Source of the DNA: Zootoca vivipara
Lineage: Eukaryota
NCBI RefSeq assembly: GCF_963506605.1
Contig: NC_083288.1
Location: forward strand, 29,078,001-29,142,000
Direction: 5' to 3'
DNA: 64,000 bases
In this document: in pieces, positions 36,582-49,297 of the stretch
How the letters are laid out: every line of letters starts with the position of its first letter
How positions within the stretch are numbered: position 1 is the stretch's first letter
Made by a program: the position numbers and the translations under genes
Notes under the pieces: generated by a model
Database searches by the model: none
What the model was told of the DNA's origin: nothing
Seen by the model: only the letters and a program-made list of their open reading frames with translations

Positions 36582-36812
36582 CAGTGGTACCTCGGGTTAC
36601 AAATTCTTCAGGTTGCAAACGCTTCAGGTTACAAACTCCACTAACCCAGAAATAGTACCTCAGGTTAAGAACTTTGCTTCAGGATGAGAATAGAAATTAT
36701 GCAGTGGCAGCAGGAGGCCCCATTAGCTAAAGTGGTGCTTCAGGTTAAGAACAGTTTCAGGTTAAGAATGGACCTCCAGAATTAATTAAGTTCTTAACCA
36801 GAGATACCACTG
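36582..36812 (-). mobile_element. Tc1/mariner-type MITE
   Basis: Reverse copy of 21719-21944 with TA TSD. Confidence 0.88.
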
Positions 36813-37033
36813 TATCTTTTAATACATACTTATCTTTTAATGCTTTGTCATATGTACATTTACCAAGAAATAAATCTGTCTGGATTTCTAAGAAATGAAG
36901 ATTAAGATATCACCATTCATTATATACATGAACTGCATTGCTTTTAAAAACTCAATAAATTATTGGTGTAGAGGCTCTCAGCCAAGGTTATTGAGCAAAA
37001 GAAAAGATAAAGATGAATGTAAATCCTTCACCA

Positions 37034-37203
37034 TGACTTTTAGAAGACATCTGAAGGTAGCCCTGTTTAGGGAAGTTTTCAATGTTTGATGTCTTATCAT
37101 GTTTTTAATGTTCTGTTGGGAGCTGCCAAGAGTGGCTGGGGAGACCTGGCCAGATGGGTGGGGTATAAGTAATAAATTGTTGTTATTGTTCTTGTTGTTG
37201 TTA
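37034..37203 (+). mobile_element. L2 LINE 3' end
   Basis: TFRRHLKVALFREVFNV* followed by the L2 3' UTR and a (TTG)n tail. Confidence 0.8.
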
Positions 37204-37532
37204 CAGGCAAATAGTTTAAGTTTGAACAGGCAACCACTTTCCAAGTGTAATTTATTGCAACATGCATATGACCATTTAAATCCTGCTCAGACCTTTGTCT
37301 CCACACAATCTTTACACACAGAGACAGCTAGCCTCACTCCACTAACACTCTAACTCTACTCTCAACCACAGGTGCAATCCTATGCACAAGAAGGTGGTGT
37401 ATAAAAGCCAGTATAAAAGTTAAGCTGGTTTAAAGTTACACCGAATCCAGACCCCATTCAGCAGGGGGGCTGCTGCTCTGTGTAAGCCTGGCAGAGGGAA
37501 AACAAGCCTTTAAAATTGTGCTTTATACCAGG

Positions 37533-38330
37533 TTGTGCTCCGAGCCCCTAAACCCATCCCCCAAGGAAATAAAGACACAGTGGAGACAGAATTTAGTTTA
37601 AAGGTTAATGGGCAAATTTTGGCTGCAACTTTATTGAATACACAAGGGTGACTGGTATTGGCTTAGGCATTGGTATCCAACTATATCTGGCTCCTGCCTG
37701 CCATGCAGGAAACCTGGAAGGGTAAACAATCAGCAGGGGGAGCCCCATCAATGTATATTGACTGGTGTTCACCCCTGGGGTTCCCAGGGGTCCTGGCATG
37801 GCCCTAGCCCCTCCCCGGGCTTCGGACAAGATCCAGACCACCAGATTCCTTTAACGGAATACCCTATTAATTGGAGGGGCAGGTGATGGCCTCCCCTCCC
37901 CTCCCCACATTCCCCTAAACCAATGCCTAACCGCCTAACCTTACAAAGTTGTGATGATTGCTAAGAGGTAGGCAAAAACCAAGTGGTCACAGCCAATCTG
38001 CCACATTGAAAAAAAAAAAATCCTACCCAGCCCCCGTTCCAAAACAGGCTACCAACCAAAGTCTAAAGCAAGACCATACACAACCTAACTAACGGGTGGG
38101 TGGGCGGGTGTTTGACAGTGCGAAGCAATAGAGGGTCCCCACGTCGCATTGCCAAATAAATACCCCCAACCCCCAACCTTGCCACATTGCTGATTGGCTA
38201 AAGGCCAGTGGCATAACTGTGGCATCACCAGCTGGAGTGGGGCAAGTCCCACCCACATGCCGGTTGGGGAAGAGTTCCAGGGCCATGCACAACATGGACC
38301 CTCTGTCAGGAGGATCCAACTTGCCAAGTC
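37533..38330 (-). mobile_element. Terminal region of a Ngaro/DIRS-like element
   Basis: Reverse complement carries ACCAATGCCTAAGCCAATACC...AATAAAGTTGCAGCC and TAGCAAT..TCACAACTTTGTAAGGTT, shared with the 61 kb copy; far boundary approximate. Confidence 0.55.
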
Positions 38331-39589
38331 ATATAATTGAGCTGAATGGGTTTAGAATCCAGCCTAAGTCTCCCCACCCTTTCTAGTCCTGCCTCTTTCA
38401 CACGCCTCCTAATGCCCCTTTTTGAGACTTACACCAGCCTTGACTCAGCCAGCTTCAGCAGAGCCCTGGCTGAGCTGCAAAAAGCCAGTTACACTGACAT
38501 AGCATCAGCTGAGGGTTGGAGATGAAATGTCTATTTAGCCCCTCTGAGTCAGAGGTCCACTGCAACCTAAGCTGCTCATCTTGGTGGAGCATGCCATTTG
38601 ATTGCTCCTTTATTAGCAAAACATGTCATGTCTGAACAGGAACCCTGATCATTCTGGGTTTATGGCACAAGTGTGTTGGGGCACAGGAAGCACATATATC
38701 CCTGCTCCTCTGTCCATGACCTGGAGGAAGAAACCTGGTTGGTACATTGGTAAATGAGACCACCGCTTCGCCCTGCCAAGAGATGATAATCATTTTGCCA
38801 TTCCCAGCTGCATCAATATGGTATAGTATATTAATAAGTATGGTAAATTTCTCTTTCGCACCTGTCAGAACATAGATATGACCAACTTATCAAGTAGCTA
38901 CATGTACAGAATTTCTAGGTTGTTACGTGGGAAAGGGTGGAATGGATATCCCTGATTTTCGGGAATGTATTAGTACAGTAGAATCTGTATTACAATATCA
39001 GCTTGGCCTGCAATGAAATGGTTAAAAGTGGTGGCAACACTTTTGAAAGTAGTTAGGATTTGCTGTGATTTCTCGAAGCTTTCATCCACAGACTTACAAC
39101 ATATTTTGCCATAGTTCTAAACCCCCATGGATTCATTAGTGGAGCACTCCCATGAGCTTCCCTTAAACAAGGATATAAATAAAAATATGCTTGTTTGCTA
39201 CATAACAGTGTGCTGCTTTAAAATAAGAAATAGTACTTCTTTGGTGGCCAAAGAGCGGTTTTGTGTGAGTTGGGTATGTTTGACATCCTCTGGGGGAACT
39301 ATTTGCTCTTTGGAGTATGCAAGAACAAGAACTGAGTGTTTGTGCTTTGTATTAATAGAAAATGAAAGAAGTATGTTTTATAGGGAGGAATGGTGGGGAT
39401 AGTTATTACATGTTATTTCTAAGAGTACACAAATAGCGTGCACTCTTATCAAACCTCTTGCTATTTTTCTTCTTCTTTGTAGACGTATCCATGATGTGGT
39501 CAGAGACATCAAAATAGCAATTCTCTTGAAACTCCTGAGAACTTCACTTGAGACGCTGCCTGTGGTCTGCATATCACAGAATGCACATT

Positions 39590-39776
39590 TCCTGCCAGGA
39601 AGCCATGAAACGGGCTGGACTGGTCAATATTTTCCTACCCTATTATTATATTTACACAAACAAATTATATGTACCTTATCTGAAGAATCTGAAGAAGTGT
39701 GCATGTACACGAAAGCTCATACCAAGAACAAAGTTTGTTGGTCTCTAAAGTGCTACTGAACATTTTTTTTAAAAAA

Positions 39777-39837
<61 letters not shown>

Positions 39838-39870
39838 TACTGCGTCAGACCAACACAACTACCTACCTAA
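39590..39870 (+). mobile_element. Penelope-like element terminal fragment containing (TA)n at 39781-39831
   Basis: CTGAAGAAGTGTGCATGTACACGAAAGCTCATACC...GGTCTCTAAAGTGCTACTG; second copy at 45140. Confidence 0.65.
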
Positions 39871-40507
39871 ATTATATGCAATGAGACAAAATGTTAGAGT
39901 AGATTCTTGTATGTTATAAAATTATTCAATTCTCCCATACAAAACAAACAAACAAACCTGAAATTGGAGGAGCTGGTTTATTTTTTCCTTGGGTAATAAT
40001 GCAATTTTATCTATAACATCAGCTTATCTATCTCAACATTTAATTAATTAATTAATAAGCCATCCTCCAATGGGTGTTGATGTAGGAGCTTTCCAAAATG
40101 TGGTTAACACAGTTTTGGCAGCTACCAGAAGTTTCAAAGAAAGCTCAGCTGCAAGGTCATTAAGATTGAGCTTAACAAATGTAAAGAAGAACTGAGGATG
40201 GTTGGTATATGAAACTGAGGGCAGGAGTTTGAGTCCTAAAAAGATCAAACTGACTTAAGTGTATTAGGGGAGGGGGTAGCAAATCCTGTTAACCTTCATA
40301 CGTGTGATATTTGCTCATGGGCAGTAAGTGTAACAATTTGTTTTTCAGGTACAACCACACAGTGGAATTTGTTGCATATGGAAAGCCATGAAGGTGATAC
40401 AGTCTATATAGTTGCATTATGTCTGGAAAGCTTTCGTGGGCAATGCTGAATAGTACTGAAATTTCTAAAATAGCACTCTCCTAACTGTAATATTCAGGTA
40501 AGACACC

Positions 40508-41449
40508 ATGGGCACATCCTTCTTTAACAACCAAACATCAATAACAGAATTCGTACTTCTGGGATTTGTAGCTGTTAAAAGTGGGAAGTCCTTGCTCACC
40601 ATCCTCTTCCTCACAATGTATATTATGGTTATTATGTGTTTCTTGGGCAACTCAATCATCATCACTGTGTCTCTATTAAATCAGTCCCTCCACACACCTA
40701 TGTATTTCTTTCTTGGCAATCTCTCCTTCCTAGATATCTGTTACATCTCTGTGACTCTCCCTAAAATGATCGTAGATCTTTGGGTCCTTTCTCCACACAT
40801 TTCCTTACTGGATTGTGCAGCACAAATGTTTTTTCTTATCTCATTGGCGGGTGCTGAGGGATTTCTTCTCGCCTCTATGGCTTTGGATCGGTACTTTGCT
40901 ATATGTCACCCACTGATCTATGCAAGATTCATGACTAAATGGACCTGCCTCCAGCTTACTGCAGTATCCTGGGCTTGTGGCTTCTTCAATGCTACTCTCC
41001 ATACAGCACTCACATTCCGCCTGTCTTTCTGCAGATCTAATGTGATCAGTCATTTTTACTGTGACATTCCTCCATTGCTGAGTATTTCATGCTCCGACAC
41101 ATCAATTAATGAAGTGGCACTTTTCACAGTGGGTGTACTTGTAGGTTTTAGCCCCTTTTTCTTTATTCTGATCTCCTACTCTTTGATTCTTCATGCTGTT
41201 TTCAACAATCGGCAAAAAGGACATCGTCACAAGGCCATTTCCACCTGCATATCTCATGTCACGGTTGTGATTCTGTTCTACTGCTCTGGGATATTCACAT
41301 ATTTTCGACCCACCTCCAGCTACTCTCTGGAAAAGGACCAGCTTGTTGGGGTTATCTACAGTATCATAACTCCAACACTTAACCCTATCATTTATAGCCT
41401 ACGGAACGAGGAAGTGAAAAGAGCAATAAGCAAGTTATTAATTAGATAA
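40508..41449 (+). CDS. Olfactory receptor, class II (OR5V1/family 13-like; 313 aa)
   Basis: NQT sequon, LHTPMYFFLGNLS, MALDRYFAICHPL, KAISTCISH, PTLNPIIYSLRN; acceptor TTCAG at 40497. Confidence 0.96.
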   Translation: MGTSFFNNQTSITEFVLLGFVAVKSGKSLLTILFLTMYIMVIMCFLGNSIIITVSLLNQSLHTPMYFFLGNLSFLDICYISVTLPKMIVDLWVLSPHISLLDCAAQMFFLISLAGAEGFLLASMALDRYFAICHPLIYARFMTKWTCLQLTAVSWACGFFNATLHTALTFRLSFCRSNVISHFYCDIPPLLSISCSDTSINEVALFTVGVLVGFSPFFFILISYSLILHAVFNNRQKGHRHKAISTCISHVTVVILFYCSGIFTYFRPTSSYSLEKDQLVGVIYSIITPTLNPIIYSLRNEEVKRAISKLLIR

Positions 41450-41874
41450 CATTATAAAGTTAGGACCTTTAACAAGAACTGAGTTTAACGGAGGCATACT
41501 GTTAATAAATGGTGGATCAAGGCAATTAAACTTTTTTTTAAATGTTACATGGTGTGTGTTGAGCTGAAACGCATGTGATTTCTGTTTTACCATATGATGC
41601 TAAAGATTCCCGAAAGAAAAGGCAATACACATGTGATGTCCTCTAACCTTAGTTTTTTTTTAAAAAAAATGGTGCATTGCTTCAAAACAGCCAGTAGTGA
41701 ACGTTACAAATAAACTTGTATGTGATCGTTTCAGTATAGGGATATGCATGATCCAAAGTAGATTAGATAGATGATGATAGATAAATAGATACTGTAGATA
41801 AAATTTCAACAAAAATAAGAGATGGTTATTCTGTATTTTAAATAACTAATACCACAATGCTAAGGACTGACATA

Positions 41875-42155
41875 ACATGAAAACCTTCACTGCTAAGAGT
41901 TCTTTTAGACATTTCATGGATGACTCTGGTCTTGGATCCCCAGTCTTGGGAGGGATATTGGCACCATTTGGAAAAGATGATCTCTGGCCAGGAGACTGCC
42001 ACCCCTACTCCCATGAGCATCTTTCACCAATTGCTTGCCATATTTCTGATATGCATACTGCACATAATGCACCAGCCCTCAACACTATCATCTATAGCCT
42101 ACAAAACGTAGAAGTGAAATTGGCAGTGAAGACATTGGTGGGGAAGAGAAAGCAT
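41875..42155 (+). pseudogene. Collapsed OR pseudogene remnant
   Basis: About 42069-42152 translates APALNTIIYSLQNVEVKLAVKTL (OR TM7/helix 8); the upstream part resembles a decayed OR N-terminus only weakly. Confidence 0.7.
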
Positions 42156-42303
42156 TTACAGGTACTCTTGGAAATTAAGATTGTCCAGAGAAATTGAATT
42201 GAATTACGTCCATTTGTCCTAACTGGTGGGGTGAAGACTTAAAGGCTTCCAGAAGAGCATGGAGATTTTCAATAGCTGTGAAAGATTCTGTGACTCTTTG
42301 GGA

Positions 42304-42555
42304 CAGGGGTCAGCAAACCTTTTCAGCAGGGGGCCAGTCCACTGTCCCTCAGACCTTGTGGGGGGCCGGACTATATTTTGAAAAAAATATATGAACGAAT
42401 TCCTATGCCCCACAAATAACCCAGAGAACGCATTTTAAATAAAAGCACACATTCTACTCATGTAAAAACACGCGGATTCCTGGACCGTCTGCAGGCCGGA
42501 TTAAGAAGACAATTGGGCCGGATCCAGCTCCTGGGCCTTATTTTGCCTACCCATG
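42304..42555. mobile_element. hAT-Charlie-like MITE
   Basis: CAGGGGTCAGCAAA...TTTGCCTACCCATG; TSD (C/G)TTTGGGA. Confidence 0.7.
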
Positions 42556-42653
42556 GTTTGGGACATTTTAGCCAAGCCACGCTCTACTGTCCTACACACT
42601 TGAATAGAACCAGGAGAGGAAAACTTCTTAATGACTGCAGATATAGTTTGGAA

Positions 42654-42789
42654 CAGGCATCCCCAAACTTCGGCCCTCCAGATGTTTTGAACTACAATTC
42701 CCATCTTCCCCGACCACTGGTCCTGTTAGCTAGGGATCATGGGAGTTGTAGGCCAAAACATCTGGAGGGCCGCAGTTTGGGGGTGCCTG
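42654..42789. mobile_element. Palindromic hAT-type MITE
   Basis: Near-identical to 32-167; 8-bp TSD GTTTGGAA. Confidence 0.88.
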
Positions 42790-43324
42790 GTTTGGAACAT
42801 GAGGTGCCCCCCTCCTTCATGGCTTTTCATTTTTTATTAAAATACCATTTCATTCCTGCAGTTTTTTTTAATATGTAGCACATAATGATTCTATTATTTG
42901 TTTCAATTGCTGCTTCCTTTTAATATTGCTAGGTGTTTTCAAAATGGCATTGTGACTTCAAAGGCAAACTGCCTTTTGTTCCAGAATGGAGGATAAAAAA
43001 GCTTTAATAAAACACAAAATAAAGGATATACCTTCATATACACATTTTTGCAAGCAATCTTCCCCAACAGAATGCAATTTCTGCATTATTTTCACTAAAA
43101 ATGCATTTCTAGGTATACTTTCCCCTGTAATACACATTTGTGTGCAGGTTATTTATTGGAGAACTGTATGGCAAAATTTAGAGAAGTTTAAAGAGATTTC
43201 AAAGGATGCAGCATTTTCTTTAAAATATTGTTTCAGGAAGTGTGGATTATGTAGATTCAAATTAAAATGTGAACCGAATCAAATTTGTATCCCATTCCTG
43301 TTTCACAGATCCTTTCAGTAATGT

Positions 43325-43510
43325 ATTGGTTGCAATGTCAGAATAGAACCGAAGATACACATGATCAAATCCTTGTTCAGCCATGAAGCTCATTGGGTGA
43401 CCATGGGACAATCACTGCTCTTTAGCCTAAATTCCTTCACATATAGTTGTGAGGATAAAATAACTAAACATATATGCTACATTGAGCTGAGACATAAATA
43501 AAGGTGGGGC
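43325..43510 (+). mobile_element. Old tRNA-derived SINE (MIR/Squam2-like) followed by (GT)n
   Basis: TCAAATCC...CAGCCATGAAGCTCA.TGGGTGACC...GTTGTGAGGATAAAA pattern. Confidence 0.5.
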
Positions 43511-43542
<32 letters not shown>

Positions 43543-45139
43543 CACGCACAACAAATAAATCTTCTATAAGACCAGAAAATGATTAAATGCCACAGATTCC
43601 ACATTTCAGATTGAGTCTTTGCATTTGACTCTAGCTACTGATCACCCACCCCCGTATTCTTCCTAGAAATGAGTTTTGTCTCCAGACCTGTTGCTGAGGC
43701 ATGTACCATAATGTCACACTGTGTGGTTGCAATATTGCACACCTGAGAACCATAATGTTCGCATTTGGACAATGTTTACTCTGTGATGATGAAAACTCTG
43801 CTCTGTTTTGTTTTCCCAAAGGCAGCATTGCCAATGGTCAGGCTTTCCATCCCCATTTTGGGGAATAGAGAGGAAGGCTGTGGGAGAGAGGCCTCATAAG
43901 AGAACTGTGGGAGTTGAAAGCTTGTCTACCTGCACTTGAAATACTGATGGGAATTTACCTAAAAGGGTAGCTTTAGAAAATGCCTATTCATTGTATTCTA
44001 ATAGACCAAGCATAATTTCCAGCTGTTGATACCCTTCCCTACCAAACATTAATGAATGAGTTTGTGATGGTATTGACTGTTGTATCTCCATAGCAAAAGG
44101 GGAAATATATACCTGCATGTAGCACTTTTTGAACTCTCCAGAGGTCTTTTGACCTGAATTTCCCTACAACACTATTTCATTATCATTCTATCCCTGATGG
44201 ATTTTATCAGAGGAATTCTCCCAACACTTTCCCTGAGGAATTAGGTCCCTTCAAGCATTGGATGGCATAAATACAGAGAATACGTCAAAATTCCACCTAG
44301 ATGTGAGCATCGGCTTGCGCATAGGCACTCCACTTCAAACATCCATATTAAATGTGCAAATATTAGGGTGGGTGGTGGAGCAATGCTCCAGTTTGGCACA
44401 CATGGTAGAAAACATGCTGATGTTCTAGCAAATGTGTAGGTCAGAAGCAGGACTTGCTACCACTCTTATGCTTCCCCTGAACATGTGTCTGCTGAATAGT
44501 CACACAAAGCTATATTTTTTATTTCATAAAATTCATACATATGGTTTGATTATAAAAGGGGGAAAATCTAAAAGAAGTATACAAAAGAATTTAGAAGTGC
44601 TACAGTAAATATATAAAAAGGCATTGGAGAATTGGATCTTAAATGGTTTTGGAAACATTTTTTTCTAAATAATTTGAAGTTCCTTGCAATTTTAGAGATA
44701 ACATCACTTTTTTCATCCATCCAATGATTAAATGCATAAAATTTTGTTGCCTCCATGAATTCATTAGCAGGCTATTCCCAACACTTTCCTTCAATCCTGA
44801 GCTGTACTGAGGGTGAGAGCACATCTATGAAAATACCTATGTTTGGAACTCCATTTTTCACTGTTTTGGAGCAAGAAATAGCAAACACTCATTCTGCAAA
44901 GTAAGTTTTTATGGGCATGGGGGTATGATGGTTAAATCTAAATCAAAGGACATAAATTCTGATGAAACATGAATACGCTTGCCTGTGTTGTAATTCTGGT
45001 GCTGAGGTGTGTGTATGTGTATGTGTATTAAGGATGCTCCCAGCCAACTGGATGCTGTGCTGAGTGGTCAGCCAGGCTAAGAAGATGGCATGCCACTTCA
45101 GGGCCTCCACGGATTGTCTCATTTGAAGGACAGGTAGAA

Positions 45140-45265
45140 AGTGAAGAAGTGTACATGCACACGAAAGCTCATACCTATGACAAACTTAATTGGTCTCTAA
45201 GGTGCTACTGGAAGGATTTTTTTATTTTGTTTTGACTGTGTCAGATCAACACGGCTACCTACCTG
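45140..45265 (+). mobile_element. Penelope-like terminal fragment
   Basis: Homologous to 39690-39867. Confidence 0.65.
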
Positions 45266-45419
45266 TAACAGGTAGAAAACAGTGAGCCTCTGCAGTGGCC
45301 GGTGGGGATTGGGAAACAATAAAAAATGGCGCTGCATATCTGGGGAAGAGAGGAGGTGACGCGTCAGGCTGCAACCGCCACTCACTGGCAAGACAGTAAG
45401 CAGCCATTCTGGTGGTAGT

Positions 45420-45460
<41 letters not shown>
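45420..45460. repeat. (GT)n microsatellite
   Basis: Direct reading. Confidence 0.95.
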
Positions 45461-45462
<2 letters not shown>

Positions 45463-47658
45463 TAAGGACGGCAATGTTGACAAATCCAGTTCCTAGGAAA
45501 ATCCCAACAATGGGATCATATGTATATTTATTTTGATTCATTTAGAATCATAATCAAGAAAATTAAAGCTGAGGGAAATAAACAAATGAGGAAAAGAAAT
45601 GGAAATAGACATAATTAATGAATAAAATGCAAATGATTCAAAGCAGACTGGTGGGTGCCACTTGACGTCTCTCTTTTTAAATTATTCTACCTGCAAGGTG
45701 GATGACTTGCATTTGGTGCATTTGGAAAGTGTGAAAGCTGATGAATAATCAAATTTAAATCTACACATTAGTCCAAGAGACGACAATTAAATTGATTCAC
45801 ACTGGAATTATCACAGACTATGCCCATATGTTATGTTTTTAAGATAGTTGAGAATGTTGTGATGCTTTGAAAGCCGGAGTAAGAAAAGAGTGCAACTTAT
45901 TAATTGGCATCTATCCACTATTCTTGATTAGTGTTTGGCAACCTGACTCTTATCAAAATTTATGATGGGCTTGCAATGTCATTAATACCTTCAGTAAGTT
46001 GGATGCAGTAATAGAACGTTACCCAAACAATTTTTAGCAAGCTGCTTGTTTTTAAAAGGGTGCCTTGCACATTATTTCCAATGAAAAAGAAGGTGTGGTC
46101 TGCAAATATCACATAGGGGTAGTGTGCTCTCTCTCTCCCCCATACAGCCACTGGAGCTGTTGTTACACAATCACATTATGCTGTTTCCAATGACATTTAT
46201 GGCCCCATTTTGAATATGTGTGGCAGGATCTGTGATTTCTAACTGCTTAGAGAGATTTTAGTTTTGAAAAAGCTAAAGAAAACAAATAAGAAACTGAATC
46301 AAAAGTCATTGGACCACCTCATAATTCTGTAAATTGACTAAGAGCCATATAAACACAGAAATAAAAATCAATTCATAATCAGTTTTGCTTTGAATTACAA
46401 AATATTGTCTTACTTAGCAGTTTTCTAGACTGCCTTTCCAGTTTCTAATTTGGTGTTAAAGTTCACATGATTGGACCAGGGCATGCTATATATATGAGAA
46501 TTGTAAACCTAACTGATTAGTTTTGATTTCCAGCAGCACCATTATTCATGATGTGTTTGCATTGACTATGTGATCACAAGGCAAAATTGTGTTGTTTTAA
46601 TGCAGTGCGGTCCTCCACTGATAAGAATCTTAATCTAACTGCCTGCACAATCGGATCAAGTTTACTTCTTTACACTGTTTTAGCAATGCATACAAGTCAA
46701 TACATTCAACTATGCAGTGTAGACCACAAAAACTTTTGCAATTATAAATTTGCTAGTATTTAATGAGGTGTAGGCCAAACCACTATTTTTGCTTTACCAA
46801 AAAATCTACCCAGAAAATTGCTTTTTCTGCCCCTTTTCACAATATGTACATTATCAACATGTGGAAGATTGGGGGTGGGGGTGGGGAGGATATATGAGAA
46901 AGCTGAAAGTGAAACAAAACTATGCACACATAGTGCTAGAAAGTATAAAATTGTAAAATAGAAAAGGATCCAAAGGAGAATTCTGAATCCAGGTAATATA
47001 TCCCAAAGTCTGAGAATAAATTAGGAAAATTTGGGAATAATGCCCATTTATGAGTGCTATTGTATTCACACCCTCTTTGGGGTATTATAGAAAGCCACTG
47101 TAAGAAAAGAATGATGAACCAGAAGGCTCTTTTGGCTGATTCTGCAGGCACCTCTTAAATTAGCCAGGCTAAACAAACCATAATTTAGCATGAACATATG
47201 AGCATGGGGGCTTCCAGGAAGAAAATTTTATCTGCTTTGTTCTTCTCTGATCACTTTGCTGCCATGCATTATTTATCCTAAATAATGCTTTCACCTGGTG
47301 TGACAGGCAAGCCAGACTAGTATCAATAGTGTAATTACCTCATTTGATTAATAATCTATATCTGCCTTTTCCTCTTCCATGGGATAATATGGGATAACTT
47401 TTACCTGTGGAAAGATTATCCTGATCATAATGGCTTTATCTTACTTCCATTGTCACAGACTGCAATCCTCTTTGTGGAGAGAGCTATTGCATTAATGTCC
47501 TGTTTGAGGGTTCCTGTAGGCTCCTGTTTTGCCACGGTGAGAATAGGATTATGCACTAGATGGGCCTTTTGGATGCTCCAGATGCCTCTACTATAATTAC
47601 CTGATTTAATTAATGATCTCTATATGTTGTTTCCTTTTCCACACAGGATATCCATTCT

Positions 47659-48615
47659 ATGGAAGAGCTAGCTGAGAACCAGACCAGTCTAAATGAGTTC
47701 ATCCTGGTAGGGTTTTCATACCTTGCTGAATGGCAAATCTTGCTGTTTTTGTTTTTTCTGGTGATGTACGTTACTGCCTTAGTTGGGAACATGCTCATAA
47801 TTCTGCTTGTGAAACTCAACCATTCCCTTCAAACTCCCATGTACTTCTTTTTGGTAAACCTATCTTTCTTAGAAATAGGTTACACCACCAGTGTGGTGCC
47901 CCAGATGTTGGCACATCTGTTAACAAAGCATAAAAGCATTTCCAAAGCTAGATGTGCAGCCCAGATGTATGCCTTCACCATCCTGGGGCTGACAGAATGC
48001 TGCCGTCTGGCAGCCATGGCATATGATCGCTATGTTGCCATATGTCATCCATTGCACTACACAGCAATCATGAATCACCAAGTCTGTACACAGTTGGCAG
48101 CCGCAGCGTGGATTATTTGCTTCTTTGTACAAGTTGCTCAAACAGCATGGATCTTCAGCTTACCCTTCTGTGGCTCTCAACACATCCAGCACTTCTTTTG
48201 TGATATCCTACCAGTGGTGAAAACGGCATGCACAGATACCTACAAAAATGAGATTGCTGTCATGGCAGTGACCATCTCTTTCATCATGAGTCCATTCCTA
48301 CTGATTATCCTCTCCTATGTCCGTATAATTTCAACCATCCTTAAGCTTCCTTCTGCTGAGCAAAGGCAGAAAGCCTTCTCCACTTGCTCCTCACACCTCA
48401 CGGTGGTGACATTATTCTTTGGGTCAGGCCTCTTCACCTACTTAATGCCCAAGTCCAGCTACATTTCACGGAGGGACCAAATGAGTGCTCTTATGTACAC
48501 AGTTGTCACTCTGGTTTTAAATCCCATAATATATACCCTAAGAAATAAAGAAGTGCAGAAAGCATATAAGAAAACAATTGCAAGGGTCTTCTCTCCACAA
48601 AAACCAACTAGTTGA
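47659..48615 (+). CDS. Olfactory receptor, family 10-like, array copy 1 (318 aa)
   Basis: NQT sequon, LQTPMYFFL, MAYDRYVAICHPLHY, HFFCD, KAFSTCSSH, LNPIIYTLRN. Confidence 0.96.
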   Translation: MEELAENQTSLNEFILVGFSYLAEWQILLFLFFLVMYVTALVGNMLIILLVKLNHSLQTPMYFFLVNLSFLEIGYTTSVVPQMLAHLLTKHKSISKARCAAQMYAFTILGLTECCRLAAMAYDRYVAICHPLHYTAIMNHQVCTQLAAAAWIICFFVQVAQTAWIFSLPFCGSQHIQHFFCDILPVVKTACTDTYKNEIAVMAVTISFIMSPFLLIILSYVRIISTILKLPSAEQRQKAFSTCSSHLTVVTLFFGSGLFTYLMPKSSYISRRDQMSALMYTVVTLVLNPIIYTLRNKEVQKAYKKTIARVFSPQKPTS

Positions 48616-49297
48616 ATATCTGAAGAATGGAGTATAGAAAATAGAAAAAAGTAAACATAGAATACGTAACTACTGATTAAGGGGTTGTAAATATATCATT
48701 CAAATGAGGCTCATGGCTGCATTATTGCAGGAAGCCAACCTGATCCCAACCCAATGCAGCCTGAACTGTCTGTATATCAGTAATCATTTGGGATTTTAAC
48801 TGTAAATCTGCATGTGCTTCAATTATTTCTTTTTGTAGACTGTTTGCTGTACAGGAAGCTGCTTTTTACATGTGTCTTACTTGAATTAAACAGCTAAGTG
48901 GTTGTTTTGGTTTGTTGCTGTCATCCAGTTGACATCTTTTCTCAATTAATATTAGGTATTCATTTACTCACAGACCCAATTCTGAAACGCAAAAAGTGTG
49001 TGTGTGACCATGTTTTAGATTTTACTAAAATTCTCCCCTGTGGGGAAGGCGGTGGGGAGTATCTCCCACACACACATTTGGTGCCACCCAGGGCCTTACT
49101 GCCACTGAGGCCTCCAACACCCTCCTTCAGTGATGAGCTTTTGGCACTGAAAAGTGTCTTTGCTTCAGCAAGTGTCATTTTTTCCGGCTACAACGGTGGG
49201 TGAGCTCCAGCAGCATCCCCACAGCGTCCAGCGTCCCCGCAGCAGCCACTACTCCTCCCACAGCCATGCTGGATCCAGGAGGTCACCCCGACTAACT

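Noticed and set aside
40048-40248. Possible L1/Tx1 ORF2 C-terminal remnant (LLVAAKTVLTTFWK)
   Set aside because: Too short and decayed to delimit without a search
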